A stretch of 63,776 bases of DNA, filler included. It is 10 parts of 10 records of this genome, joined end to end, with 100 filler letters (N's around TTAATTAATTAA, not from the genome) between each part and the next. Parts side by side here need not be neighbours in the genome. Positions count along the whole stretch, not along the records: positions 5,236 to 13,194 come from SRR31147125_269681; positions 13,295 to 19,935 come from SRR31147125_270624; positions 20,036 to 27,142 come from SRR31147125_271097; 7 more parts are not named here. One strand, written 5' to 3'. A model generated the notes under the pieces. The model saw only the letters and a program-made list of their open reading frames with translations, ran no database searches and was not told the DNA's origin. Numbering within the stretch: position 1 is the stretch's first letter; every line of letters begins with the position of its first letter. This document shows, one piece after another, positions 11,826 through 23,558 of this stretch. Both the position numbers and the translations under genes were made by a program.

Positions 11826-12213
11826 ATGCAGAAACTGGTCGCCAAACTCGCATCGACCCGCTTCGTCCGCAACGTCATGGAAGAGGAGGCGGATCTGAGC
11901 GCCTTTAAGCAGAAACCATCCCTGAGGGTGGTCCTCGGCGTCGGCGCCATCGCACTGAGCTATGTGATCGGGTGGCCCTTGATCACCCTGTTGGGCGCCC
12001 TCTCGGTCTACTACAAGGAGCCGATCATTGTGCTCCTCGGCGGCCCGGCGGCGTATGGCCTCTCCCATCTCACCTTCATCCTGGGCATGTACCTGGCCGG
12101 CGCCCGCTACTCATGGATCTTCCTGCGCTGGTTGACCCGCGTTACCATGCTCAAACTGCTCAAATGGTTCCCAGGTGCCGCCCCCGGACAACTTCACCAA
12201 GCCGGCTCCTTAG
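11826..12213 (+). CDS. Small conserved membrane protein; end approximate, probable frameshift in C-run near 12180
   Basis: Two or three hydrophobic segments in the first ~120 aa; the rest of ORF 11826-12647 is antisense to plsY. Confidence 0.6.
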
Positions 12214-12239
12214 CCAGGTTCGGAGCATTGAGAATCCGC

Positions 12240-12827
12240 CTATCCACGCCTGCGACGCTCCAACAGGGCTACAATATTACTGCGGTGAAACCATACGACG
12301 CACATCGCCGTGACGACCAGCGCCGTGGCACCGACCAGTGTGTCCCCCCATCGAAGCAGACCGCCTCCGGTCAATACGGCAACCATGCCGAAGGAGCCGA
12401 TGAAAGGCACCCGAACCAACGCAAATACCACCAGATAGGTCAACGCAGCCACACCGGCGACGACCGGCGTCAGGACGGCATAAAATCCAAGGTAGTTGGC
12501 GACCCCTTTTCCGCCGCTGAAACCGTGAAAACACGGAAAGCGGTTGCCGAGGATCAACGCCAGTCCGGCCCACGGCACCCAGGGTTCCGCCAAAAAGAGC
12601 TGGGACAGCAAGGCCACCCCCGCCGCTCGCCCGACATCCAGCAGTAGAATAAGAGCCGCCATGCCCCACCCTGCTTGCCGGAACACGTTGGTCACGCCGG
12701 GGTTGCCGCTGAAGCGGCTTCGCGGGTCCTCCTTGCCCAGCACTCTGAACAACAGAATGGAGAAGTTGACCGACCCGGCCAGGTAGGCGCAGAGCATGGC
12801 AAACATAAAAATCGCGATCGCAGTCAA
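12240..12827 (-). CDS. plsY: Glycerol-3-phosphate acyltransferase PlsY family
   Basis: AYLAGSVNF, SGNPGVTNVFR, FSGGKGVA and FHRSNI motifs. Confidence 0.88.
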   Translation of the reverse strand: MTAIAIFMFAMLCAYLAGSVNFSILLFRVLGKEDPRSRFSGNPGVTNVFRQAGWGMAALILLLDVGRAAGVALLSQLFLAEPWVPWAGLALILGNRFPCFHGFSGGKGVANYLGFYAVLTPVVAGVAALTYLVVFALVRVPFIGSFGMVAVLTGGGLLRWGDTLVGATALVVTAMCVVWFHRSNIVALLERRRRG

Positions 12828-13194
12828 TTCAATCTCTCCAACGGGCGCTTTTTCGATTGAAAAAAGTCCCAAACGACACGTGCGGCATCAAATCCCCTGA
12901 GTGGATCACCTGGTGGTAGTTCATTCGTAAAGAAGGCGCCGGGCCATACGTGCCCCCAGCCATATAGTTGATATAGAACCACATCCGAATCCCCTGTTGG
13001 GGAAAGCCAGGATGTGACCTTAACCTTCCCGCTACGTTTTTCTTGGGTCCGGGGCTGAGCAACGCATTGGTTCGTTTCGATCCATACGTCAAGGGTGCGT
13101 TGCACCGACCAATATTGCCGTTCAGCGTCACTGCCGATCGCAACACCGCCTTTAAATGGAATCTGTTCATCATCCATTCCATGGATCGTCAACA
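12824..13194 (-). CDS. Alpha/beta hydrolase of the PHB depolymerase/LpqC esterase family, 5' partial
   Basis: IHGMDDEQIPFKGG and GWGHVWPG motifs; ends VWDFF. Confidence 0.75.
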
Positions 13195-13294
13195 NNNNNN
13201 NNNNNNNNNNNNNNNNNNNNNNNNNNNNNNNNNNNNNNTTAATTAATTAANNNNNNNNNNNNNNNNNNNNNNNNNNNNNNNNNNNNNNNNNNNN
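13195..13294. other. Artificial contig linker
   Basis: N-run, TTAATTAATTAA, N-run. Confidence 0.99.
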
Positions 13295-15796
13295 GGGGGT
13301 GACGTGTGCGTTTTCCGTCTTCCATCTTCCACCGCTCCCCTTATTGGAAGTTGCAGGTCCTTCTCAGTACAAACACCCTCATGCGTATTGTAGCGTGCTG
13401 GGGAGCATGTACAGTCACAACAAACTGGTCTTGTGCCGTGATCCCCGGTCACGAAACGCACATTGACGTTCCTGTGGTGTGTGCGCGCATGTGTTGTTTT
13501 TCTCCTACATTTTGTCTCAATATGATAATAGGGGTGCTGCGTCGTACGCTGGGAGGTGTTTCCATGTGAACAACCGGCTCGCCTTTTGTGTGTGCAGGGC
13601 CATCCTGACTCCGTCCTCTGTCTCTCCCGTCGTCGTGACGAATCCACTGGATCCACTCCATCACTGATGCTCACTTCATCTGTGGGAGGTCATATCGGCT
13701 TGTGGGACCCTACTACGTGGACACCACTGATGGTCGATTCTCCAAGCGGATGCAACGTGGGAGGGGGCCGTGGAGTGTTCTGTTTGGAATGGTGCAAAGA
13801 TTCTCGTTCTCGTTCTTGTCATAATCCAGAAGAATTCGTATTCTTGTCTTGTGCCAAGAGCAGGCCTGAAAGCAAAGACGGAGAGATCGGGTAGGGGAGA
13901 TTCCGCAGGTTGTCCGTCTGTCTGTCTATCTGACTGACTCGCATTGAATCAGATGCTGGGTGGCTGATCCACACAGCGACACTCCCGGATATTGGTGTCT
14001 GCGATCTCGATGGCGTGTTGAGGGAGGATGGTCCTTTGCGTGTTGGGTGTCGGGGCATCGAATCGCCGCCGTACGCGAAGAAGGCAAAAAAGCCGTGCAT
14101 CTGTCATTCCTGGATGGTATCAGTGGACGAATTCTACATGTTCAAACACTTTCTGCTCAAGGACCACGTGGGTGGCTCCCCACGGCCCTCACATCCTCTC
14201 CATCAGGCACTCTTCTGGCTCTATGCACACGGGACGGCAGTGTACATGTGTTTCGTTGTATAGTATCTTGTTCTCCGGTACTTCTTTGGTCACTCCACGC
14301 GAAACGAAGCGGTCGTTTGATGGCCCTGGCCTTCGATCAGACAGAAGAGTTATTGGCTGTTGCGGGAGACGAGCGTCAGGTTTGTTTGTTTGTTTGTCTT
14401 CTTTGGAATCTGGAAGCGCTCACATAACCCACTGTCAGGTGCAAGTATGGCGTGGGGAGAATCTCATCGGCACAATATCGGGACCGGATGCGGTTGATGT
14501 GCGTTCTGTTGCTTGGTCCCAATCGAACGACAGCCTCTGGATCGGTTCCGACTACGAACTCTTCTTTGTACCGCTTGTGTCGTCTGGGTCTGCACTGTTA
14601 GCTGCACCCCAGTCTACATCGTCGGTCAAGTTCCACAGCATTCTGACATCAGCTGTCGATGTATTTCCACTTGCCGATCGTGTGCTTGTCGCATCGGGTG
14701 GGATGAATATGGTGCACGTACGTGTCATTGATCGATCGCCTATGCAGCCACATGTATCTTGACACATCCCCTAGGTATGGAAGGCGCAAACGGATCAGAC
14801 TTCTTCGGGGAATGAACACGGATCACCATGGCTATCTATTCCGTGTGACGATTTGGTACGATCCCTCTCCTTTAGCCCTATGGGTGATCATCTTCTCTGT
14901 GGACTGGAAACGGGAGCCATTTGCATGTGGAGCCTCTCCCTGCACGGTTGCACCCCAAACGATCCCCGCACCCTCTACGACATGGGACGCCCCGTAACAT
15001 GTCTCAACTTTCATACAAGGACCGGGGCCCTTGTGGCGTCTTCAACATCAGGAGTTGTGATAGCCTTTCGATCTTTGTTGGATCGACCCATCTCCGTGAA
15101 CGCTCATGGCGTAGAGATTTGGTCTGTCGCCTTTAGCCCCAATGGGAGTCAGGTATGCAGGTTTCTCTCCGGAGCCCACTCACAAGCGTGTGTCAGTTTG
15201 TGTGTGGATCGGAAGATCAGACGGCCACTGTGTGGAGTTGGGGGGCCTCAGAGAAACCAATTCGCGTACAAACTCTCTCGGGTCACACGATGGCTGTAAC
15301 ATGTGTTGATTGGCAGACGACAGCCACGGGGGATCGAGTGGTGACATCGTCTGATGACCGAACAGTGCGTTGTTTTGTGCGTTTTCCTTTTCCGATGGTC
15401 CCTTGTGACAGCTTCGCGTGTATGATTCTGCATCGTGGAACCTCCTTCACGTCTTCCGCACAAGAGATTTGTATGTTACGTATTGTGCACTTGAACCACG
15501 AGGATGCCGCCTGGTGTGTGGCACCGCGGATGGCTGGGTCTACATCTGGCCTCTCTCGCCGAGTTCCAGGGATCGTGAACTCATCCAACCTCTCTCGCGC
15601 ATGAAACTACATCTTGGAACGGTGAGTCGTACACTTGTTTGTGTCGCTGATCTTTGTGTGCCCAAAGGTGGAAGGGCTACGCTGGAGCGCAGTGGCACAG
15701 TTTGTAGTCTCCTGTGGATCCGATTGTGGTGTTTTTCTCTATGATCCAACACGAACGCAGACCAATGATGGCGTCACTTCAAGCAACGTCACATGA
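13295..15796 (+). CDS. Eukaryotic WD40-repeat protein, multi-exon, probably 5' partial
   Basis: AHGVEIWSVAFSPNG, CGSEDQTATVWSW, LSGHTMAVTCVDW, VRSLSFSPMGDHL; short GT-AG introns; spliced stop TGA at 15794-15796. Confidence 0.85.
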
Positions 15797-15800
15797 ACCG

Positions 15801-18071
15801 TCATCGTCGTCGTGTTCTCTTGCTGGCAGCGCGGTTGGATCCACTGCTATCGTCGCTTCGAAGTGTCTAGGCACACGCGTATGAGTCGTATTGCTCCAAT
15901 GAAACAACAGCCAACAACCTTTTCTCGTGTTATGGAAGAGTGTGAAGCAGCGTTGGCTGAGGCAAAGTCCACCTGAAAGAAACAGATTAGCGCCTCGTGC
16001 CATTCGGGTCCATCGGTCCGTCACCTGAAACCAGCAATGATCCAATGCCTGTTTGGCCGTGAACCTGTCGTACGATGCAGAGGATTACGATCCATGTTGG
16101 ATCCATCGTGTGAAACGTGGAACACACCTCTTGTTGGGATCCACAGTGAGACAGTGTCGCAAGAGGTCCTTGGCTGTGTTTTTTTTTGTATGGGTGTACG
16201 GTACGATTCACACCCGTTCCCTGAAACGCACCACCATCAGAGATGCTGCCCCAGGTTGCATCCTTGAATTCCACCTTTCCTACAAGAATAGCCTCAAAGA
16301 TGTCTGGCGCCGTGTTCGTCGCATCTGAGAAGGGAGGATGGCCGCATAGTATCGTGTACCTAGGCCCGTCAAGGTTGCCAAGGTTATCGAGGTTCCTCTT
16401 TTCGAAGTGAAAGAACGTACATCATGGCCCCGAAGCTCCACATGTCGATGGGTGTTCCATATTCCTCCTTTCGAATAATCTCCGGTGCTGTGCGGCATGT
16501 CATTTCCCTCGCTCTCTCCCCTCCCACACATTACAGTCCGTACCGAGATAGTAAGGTGTGCCGCACATGGTTGTGGCCCCCTGGTCCGATGTTAAAGATT
16601 TCGCCAATCCAAAATCCGAAAGTTTCACCTGTGCACCGCCGCACGACATCAGAGCACGAATGGGGAGCAGGAATTCGATCTACCAAGGCATTATCGCCTT
16701 CTCCCTGGAGAAGGATATTATCGGGTTTGAGATCACGGTGAAGAATGTTGTGTCCGTGGAGAAAGTCGAGGGCCTGAAGCACCTGCACAGGATGGACCCA
16801 TGTGTGTGCATAGGAGCATGTAAGTGTGGGTGTGGAATTCAACCCACTTGACGCAGAAGGCGTCTTGCTTCGGGCTCTGATACTGTGCAAAGGACTCAAA
16901 TCCCTCTCGTCTTCAACCCAATAAACGTACATCGTCCTCCAGCATCCAACAGACGATCTGAGAGCTCTCCACCAGTAACCCTGTTGAACAAATAAGAAGG
17001 GCGGGAAGGGATCTTTAGGGCACGACGTACAACTCAAGAACAAGATGAATGTTCTTGTCATCTTCAAACACGTCGTTGATGGCAATGATATTTGTATGGC
17101 CTACGATCATTGCATGTTACATCACCCATCACCCAGGAAGGAAAAAGGGTGCAAGACGCAACGAATTGCTCGGAGGATCTCTACTTCTGCCATAACCTAG
17201 TCGTGGGATTGGTAATGTAGCCAGCTAGCCACGTCGTGAGCTGGGAGCACACTCACCTGTGAACGCAACACGGGTTGAAGGAGGAACTTCTTTTTGGGGA
17301 TCGTCTTCACAGCATAGGGAACGCCACTCTTCCGGTGGGAACACCGTCGAACAGTTGCGTAGTTCCCTCTGATAAGGTCATCCAATGATACAGAGCCATG
17401 AAACGCCACACAACCCGAACAACACACCTTCCTAACACTTCTCCCAGAGCGTATTCAACCTCAATGCTGCCACGTACAGGATCTCGCTCCTCCTACAACT
17501 CGTGAAAGTGAGGGACGGATCTACGCCGCGTTCACACAACCTTCGTGTCTTCCGGCCGAATTTGAAGAATGTACGCCACGAATTCTGGTGTGATGGAACA
17601 ACGGTTACGTGGAAGGATGATCCCCACAAGGCGACACACGAACTCTCTGTGAGTGTCTTATCAAGTTCGTCTCGCTTGGCAACGAGGGAAACCTCGTCTC
17701 CATCCACGAGGCGACGCCGGTTCCCCCTCCCCACTTTCTCAGAGTTCACGAATGTCCCATTGGTGCTGCCATGGGATCGGCGTGAGGACGAACAACCCTT
17801 TGATGACGGAGACCCAACAACCTGCAATCCTCCACTTCCACGACGCGGCTATCACCGGATACGCGCACAATACAGTGCAGACCACTTATCCGTTCGTCTG
17901 GAAGATGGATGCTGGCCACGGGGCCACGTGAACACACCCATGCACACATGACACACACACACAACACGAGCCGACGCACTGACAGGTGTCTCGTCGTCCA
18001 AAGCGAAGGTCCCCTTCTTTCAGTTGAATATCCTCGCGTCGTGGGTTGAGGGAGCGCAGAAGCAGACGCAT
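15801..18071 (-). CDS. FHA-domain Ser/Thr kinase (CAMK group, Chk2/Cds1/fhk-like), multi-exon
   Basis: FHA motifs FGR, ISGLHC, STNGTFVN; kinase motifs LGRGNYATV, YAVK, HRDLKPDNIL, DFGLAK, CGTPYY/APE, IDMWSFG; spliced C-terminus KRTRRR*. Confidence 0.9.
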
Positions 18072-18298
18072 GGGAACCAATCAAAGACAAGGGAAGGGCC
18101 TGTTCGCTTTCCACACGTCTCCCCGTCCACCACACGCGTACCCCCTGGGGTACTGCCTGGGAGGAGAGAACTGACTGGCAGCAAAAACACGAATGTTGTT
18201 GGTGTGATCGACTCCTCGTGCCGATCATCAGGCAAGGAGTGTGGAACAACGTGGGACCCGGATGTGATGACGGAGAATTTGCGATAGGCATCAAGGAA

Positions 18299-19886
18299 TC
18301 AACTGAACTTCTTCCCCATGAATCGCTTAAACCCTGTGGCACTCTTGACCTGCCCCTGGGCTCCCCCACCGTCGTTGAATACGTCTCCCAGACGTCCATA
18401 CATGGTTGCCATGCGCTCGAGACCACCCTTGTATTCCGAATTCTACTTTGTGTTAGGGAAGGAAGCTTCTCCTAATGCACACACACACCTTCACGGCTTC
18501 TTGACACAGTTTCTTACACGCACTTGTACTGTTGATAATGAGAAAGAGTTTCGCGAGTTTCTACAAGGATCTCTCTGTGGTAAGAAGACATCCAAAGTGT
18601 CTCCCGTCCACACTCGCACCTGGAAGGCAGCTCCATAGCGTTCGTCGAGTTCGAAACGTCGAAGCATCATGTGGAAGCGAATGAAGAAGTCTGTACGCAC
18701 AATTATACCCCACGGCTCCTGTCCTTTCCCACGTGAACGCACTGTGTAGTTGGTCCGCGAGGAATTTCTGACCCTTTTCATGGGTTTTGCGGGCATCCAC
18801 TGGAGCCATGCTCTTCTTCTCCTCACTTCGTTGATTTTCATTGGCAACACTTAGGAGGATCTGGGCGAGAATGGGGAGGTGCCTTTCGCTGAGTCACTCT
18901 CACCTTGTTGATGTAGTGAATACTGTTGACAGCCAGTACAATTCCCCCACGACTCGTGGTCATCATGCTCCCAATAAGTTCCAAGAATTGCCACAAGAAT
19001 TTGATGTCGGCCCAGTGTTCCAAAGTAGAGGGATGATAGCGGAACAGCTGCCGGGTGGGCTCGTGTGAACAGCAACCGGGGGAGGAGAGTGTACACAAGG
19101 GCACCTGATAGAATTGACGCCACGCTTCGCGGTTGAAGTCAATATCCCCCACATCACGACAGGACTTAACAAGCCTATTCGGAATTCAGTACAGAGGATC
19201 ATCACCTCCCTGACCCAAACGCACTCAGAGAGAAAGGCTTGTTCCTTCCACACAAGCACATAAATGGATCTGATCTTTAGCAAGTGCTTCAATGAAGTGA
19301 GCAAATCTAATAAATGGGGTGCGTTGAGGGATTCAGGCTTCTGTGAAAAGGAAAGATACGTTTTCGCAGTTCGTAGTGCTCGCTCTTAATCGATGCAATG
19401 GCTTGATAGATTGATGCAACATCTGCACCCACAATCAAGATCCAGTGCCCGGACACATTCTATCCTATAACCCGTACCCTTGTATTGTACCATCACCTGC
19501 AACTGTTGGGCGTGTTGGTCTGCTGGTTTGGCTTCCACCGCCACCACACACACACACACGCACATCGATACTTGTCGCGTCAAGTCGTTGCATGCTACGC
19601 TTTGTCTGAATGGGAACGCAAGGTGAGAGAAGAAATCCAGAAGACGCCCCCAAACCTTGAAATCCTCAGGGGAAACAGCCTTCAAGCGGCCCATTCGCTG
19701 AAGAGTTTGGCACAAGACTGCAAACATTTTCGCAAGAAACACGTGGTTCTGGGAGAGTGGTTGGTCTAACTACAACACACAAACAACCCTATACGGAAAC
19801 CTCTGTTAGCTTCTGCTTGTAATCCAAGATCTTTGAGAGCAGGGCGTGAAACACCCGTGCCTCAATGAGTCGTGTTCCAATGGGAC
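18299..19886 (-). CDS. Eukaryotic hypothetical protein, multi-exon, 5' partial
   Basis: Protein-like exons flanked by GT-AG introns (FLAKMFAVLCQTLQRMGRL, DIDFNREAWRQFYQ, HWADIKFLWQFLELIG, TDFFIRFHMMLRRF, ...GFKRFMGKKFS*); no recognised domain. Confidence 0.55.
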
Positions 19887-19907
19887 CTGTCGCATCCATA
19901 CAAAGTG

Positions 19908-19935
19908 AACAAACAAACAAACAAACAAACAAACA
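19908..19935. repeat. (AAAC)n microsatellite at contig end
   Basis: About seven tandem units. Confidence 0.95.
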
Positions 19936-20035
19936 NNNNNNNNNNNNNNNNNNNNNNNNNNNNNNNNNNNNNNNNNNNNTTAATTAATTAANNNNNNNNN
20001 NNNNNNNNNNNNNNNNNNNNNNNNNNNNNNNNNNN
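19936..20035. other. Artificial contig linker
   Basis: N-run, TTAATTAATTAA, N-run. Confidence 0.99.
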
Positions 20036-21308
20036 CCCCGCACAGGGGGACTATTCATTCGGCGGATATGCCGTTGATCCGACCAGCGGCACCATCACCT
20101 ATCTCGGCTCGCCAGAGAACCGGACCCTCCTGGAAGGGTTGAGCACCAGCGACACCGAGCCGCACCCTGTTTACGGCGGCCCGGGGAGCACCGAGTGCGT
20201 CAACGGCTGGCTGGGGTTGACCCCCCTGGTGATGAACCCGCTCTTTACGGATGTGGGCGGGCTGGAGCAGTTCGCCGACGAAGACGTCCTGGACGTCAAT
20301 TGGACCCACTGGGGCGATCTGGAGAACATCTACGACACCGATGAAAACGGCGATGCACCCAGCACCTGGGACAACGTCGGGGTGCAGTACGGATTGCAAT
20401 CGCTGGTGGCCGGCGATATCTCCCTGGAGCAGTTTCTGGACATCAACGCCAAAATCGGCGGATGGAAACAGTCCTATGAAATGGTCCCGGAAGGCTATCC
20501 CTTTTCACTCTGGAACGAGATCCAGCACCTGGTCGGCCCGGCACCGGATCCGGCCGATTTCGATCCCTGGAGCATCCGCAATTCGACGTTCAACCCATAC
20601 GGCATCGCGCCCAGAGCCGAAGGGGATGTCAAGGCCATGCGCGCCGCCTACCGCTCCGGCCATGTCTTCATCGGCCGCATCGACATCCCCGTCCTCGATA
20701 TCCGCGATTACCTCGATCCGGTGCTGGATATGCATCACGCCCAGCAGTCTTTCGCCACGCGCCAGCGCATTATCGATTACAAGGGGGAGTGCGACAATAT
20801 GGTCATCTGGATGGCAGATCCGGCCTCGTCCTCCGACGTTAGCGCCACGGCCATCGACGTCATGGAACAATGGCTGGACAACATCGAAAACCATCCCGAA
20901 CTGGGTGTTGCGGCCAACAAACCGGCGGAGGCGGTCGACGCTTGCATACTGGCCGATGATACGGTGTATGCCGGGACCGACGTCTGGGACGGCATCATCG
21001 ACGACCTTCCCGAAGGCCTCTGCACTCAGGCCTTTCACATGTATTCGACATCACGCATCATCGCCGGTGGAGACATCAAAGGCGACGTCTTCAAGTGCCA
21101 CCTCATACCGGTGGAAGAAGCAATTGATCGCGGATTCTACGGTGTCGTGGAGATCGATGCCGGAACCCGGGCCCTGTTGAAAACCATTTTCCCGGATGGC
21201 GTCTGCGACTATGCGCAGGGTGATGTGGGCCGCCCCGCCGGCATCTGTCCGGATCATAAGAAATGGCCGCGAAAAGGCCATCGCTTCGCTCACCATCGCC
21301 ACCATTGA
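20036..21308 (+). CDS. DUF6351 (tannase-like) family protein, 5' partial
   Basis: WDNVGVQYGL, FLDINAKIGGW, AYRSG, DMHHAQQSFATRQR, FKCHLIPV and FPDGVCDY motifs; frame open to the contig edge. Confidence 0.75.
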
Positions 21309-21345
21309 TGCAAAGGAAGACAAATAGCGATATCCGCTTCGACGA

Positions 21346-21383
21346 CAGGGGGGAACGGTAGACCATAGAGGCCGTTCCCCCTG
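21346..21383. terminator. Hairpin between convergent genes (probable terminator)
   Basis: CAGGGGGGAACGG...CCGTTCCCCCTG inverted repeat. Confidence 0.6.
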
Positions 21384-21398
21384 GTTATACCACTTTTT

Positions 21399-22274
21399 TT
21401 ATTCGGAAGTCGATCCAGGAGATCCATGTTCCAGATAGCGCACCAGTCGAAGCGTCACGGTGCCGATGCCGGGCTCGGTTTCGACCTTGACGATATCTTT
21501 GGATTCATCGGCAGCGATGAATATGCGGGTTTTGCGGGCAACGGATGACGGTTTGTCCTCAGTGGTTCTTTGAAGCCGGGGCTGGATTACCCACACTGGT
21601 ATGCGATCGTCTTCGATCTCGAAAGTGCTTTTGCCAATGCAGTCCATGGTCACCGTATACTGCTTATCGCCAATAAACAGCAGAAACCCGTGCCGTTCAC
21701 CGATACTCCAATCGAAGCTGCGTGCCAGGAAGATGGCCGAAAAGAGATCCAGAATGCCTGTGTCCGACTGTAGCTCATAGGTTTTCGTTTTAGCAGCCGC
21801 TTTGCCCTTCGTTCGGGTTTCCTCTACACTGACCGAACCGGATTCCGCATCGTACTTCGCCTTCTGGACCTTTTTGCGTTTTCGAACCTCCTCCTCGATG
21901 ACCGATTCCGCAGGTGTCAGGTCCACGGCATTGATTCGCGTTTCACCCCGGTAGCGCACCCGATAGATTCTATCGATGAATTTGGTGGTCCGCTGGTCTG
22001 CAGTGAGCACATATTGATCGCTCTCCTTACGGATCGCGATAATACCCGTCGCCACGCGCTGCTGACCCCATTGGATTTCGTAGTGGTACTCTCCCAAACG
22101 AGGTTGAAATTCTACCCCTGTCTTACCAGCCAGCTGCTCATCCTGTTCCGGGTGTTCGGCGGCTAAGCCCGGCAAACCGGCAATCAGAAGGATTGCGACC
22201 ATCAATATCACCGGACGCATTCGGTCAAACCAGCTCAAACAGATTATTGGCAGCGGTTTCGTTTTCAATCGCAC
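21399..22274 (-). CDS. DUF3108 family exported protein
   Basis: Signal-like hydrophobic N-region; YHYEIQWG, LDLFSAIFLARS and IFIAADESKDIVKV pattern. Confidence 0.7.
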   Translation of the reverse strand: MRLKTKPLPIICLSWFDRMRPVILMVAILLIAGLPGLAAEHPEQDEQLAGKTGVEFQPRLGEYHYEIQWGQQRVATGIIAIRKESDQYVLTADQRTTKFIDRIYRVRYRGETRINAVDLTPAESVIEEEVRKRKKVQKAKYDAESGSVSVEETRTKGKAAAKTKTYELQSDTGILDLFSAIFLARSFDWSIGERHGFLLFIGDKQYTVTMDCIGKSTFEIEDDRIPVWVIQPRLQRTTEDKPSSVARKTRIFIAADESKDIVKVETEPGIGTVTLRLVRYLEHGSPGSTSE

Positions 22275-22312
22275 CTCATCCTTCTAATTTTCGGTCATGA
22301 ATATGTGTCAGC

Positions 22313-23350
22313 CTAAAAACCGAACACCGCCTTGAACACATCCTGTTCGGCCATGTAACCAAAATCCGCCTCCATACGCAGCACGATGCCTGGATTTGGC
22401 TTGCGGTCATGATCGGCTGGAAAACCGATCTGTGGCGATACCTCCAGTACCAGCCAATCTCGGAAGAAGCGCTGCCTGTAGCGAACCCTAAGCTGCAGAT
22501 CGGTCATTTTATGGTTCGGTGCCGTATCGAAATAGTTGCTGACTTCGTACTGCAGGGCCCGGTGCCGGTTGAGGATGTGATACAATCGGAAACTCAGCGA
22601 GTGGGGCAGTCCGCTCTGCTCTTCATACCAGTTGACGCTGCCACTGGTGCGGAAAAACCAGCGCTTGGAAAAATAGCGCTCCACGTCCAGGTTCAGCTTA
22701 TTTTCAAATCCGTCGTCAGTGTAATACTTCAGGGTATCGATGACGCGTCCCTGCCATGGGCCGAAGTCATACTCGTAACGGTAACGCAACCCTGCATAAG
22801 CGTAGCCCCATGATACTCCAAGGGTGGTGGAAAAATGATAAGCTTTGCCCACTTTCAGAAAGTAACGCAGCGCTGCACTCAAATCACTCTTTTCATCGTC
22901 CTCATTGCGTGGATTATCCGAAATAGGGTTGTCGCCGACATCAAAATCATCGTCATTCGAAGCGCCGACAATCAGAAAGGCCTTGCTTGACAGCTTGGGT
23001 AGTTTGAGCCGCAGTCTTACCCGTGGACTGAAATCGAATTTATCGAAACGGGTATAACCAAATGACAATCTCAGATTGGCCCGGGTGGTGTTCTCCTCGA
23101 GCATATGCCGGTCATCGTCAAAAAACGAATCCAGCCAATCAGCGGCCGAAACCAGGATCTCGGAAGTTTTCTGATGGACTTCGTCAACCCTTTGTTCCTT
23201 CTCATCGCTGATCAGCGGGATATCGTCTCCCTGGGTGCCCGGATCGGGATCGATATCGGCCATGGACGGCGAAACACAGATCAAAAGGAGACCCGCGGCA
23301 GCCAGGATCGTGCGGATGAACGATACGTCTCGTTTTGCGGATGGACCCAA
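22313..23350 (-). CDS. Putative outer-membrane beta-barrel protein (start approximate)
   Basis: Signal peptide, ADWLDSFFDDDR, alternating aromatic beta strands, YRQRFFRDWLVLEVSPQ, C-terminal Phe; the upstream part of the long ORF overlaps selO in another frame. Confidence 0.7.
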   Translation of the reverse strand: MGPSAKRDVSFIRTILAAAGLLLICVSPSMADIDPDPGTQGDDIPLISDEKEQRVDEVHQKTSEILVSAADWLDSFFDDDRHMLEENTTRANLRLSFGYTRFDKFDFSPRVRLRLKLPKLSSKAFLIVGASNDDDFDVGDNPISDNPRNEDDEKSDLSAALRYFLKVGKAYHFSTTLGVSWGYAYAGLRYRYEYDFGPWQGRVIDTLKYYTDDGFENKLNLDVERYFSKRWFFRTSGSVNWYEEQSGLPHSLSFRLYHILNRHRALQYEVSNYFDTAPNHKMTDLQLRVRYRQRFFRDWLVLEVSPQIGFPADHDRKPNPGIVLRMEADFGYMAEQDVFKAVFGF

Positions 23351-23558
23351 TAGTCGTTTATTCCCAACATGCCAGAGTGCGCCGACATCATATGCGGAAG
23401 CGCACTGATCAATACCAACATCCCGAGTAGAAAATGAAAACAGAATCGACGCTATTGTCAATACCACATAAATGCCTGGCGACAAAGTGGCAGGAAGCAG
23501 ACAGCCACCCTCACCAACCGGAAGGGCGGATCGCAGAGAATGGAAAATGCGGACGGGC

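Noticed and set aside
5094-13295. Bacterial genes inserted into a eukaryotic chromosome (HGT)
   Set aside because: Every eukaryote/bacterium transition coincides with an artificial linker, so there is no evidence of physical linkage.
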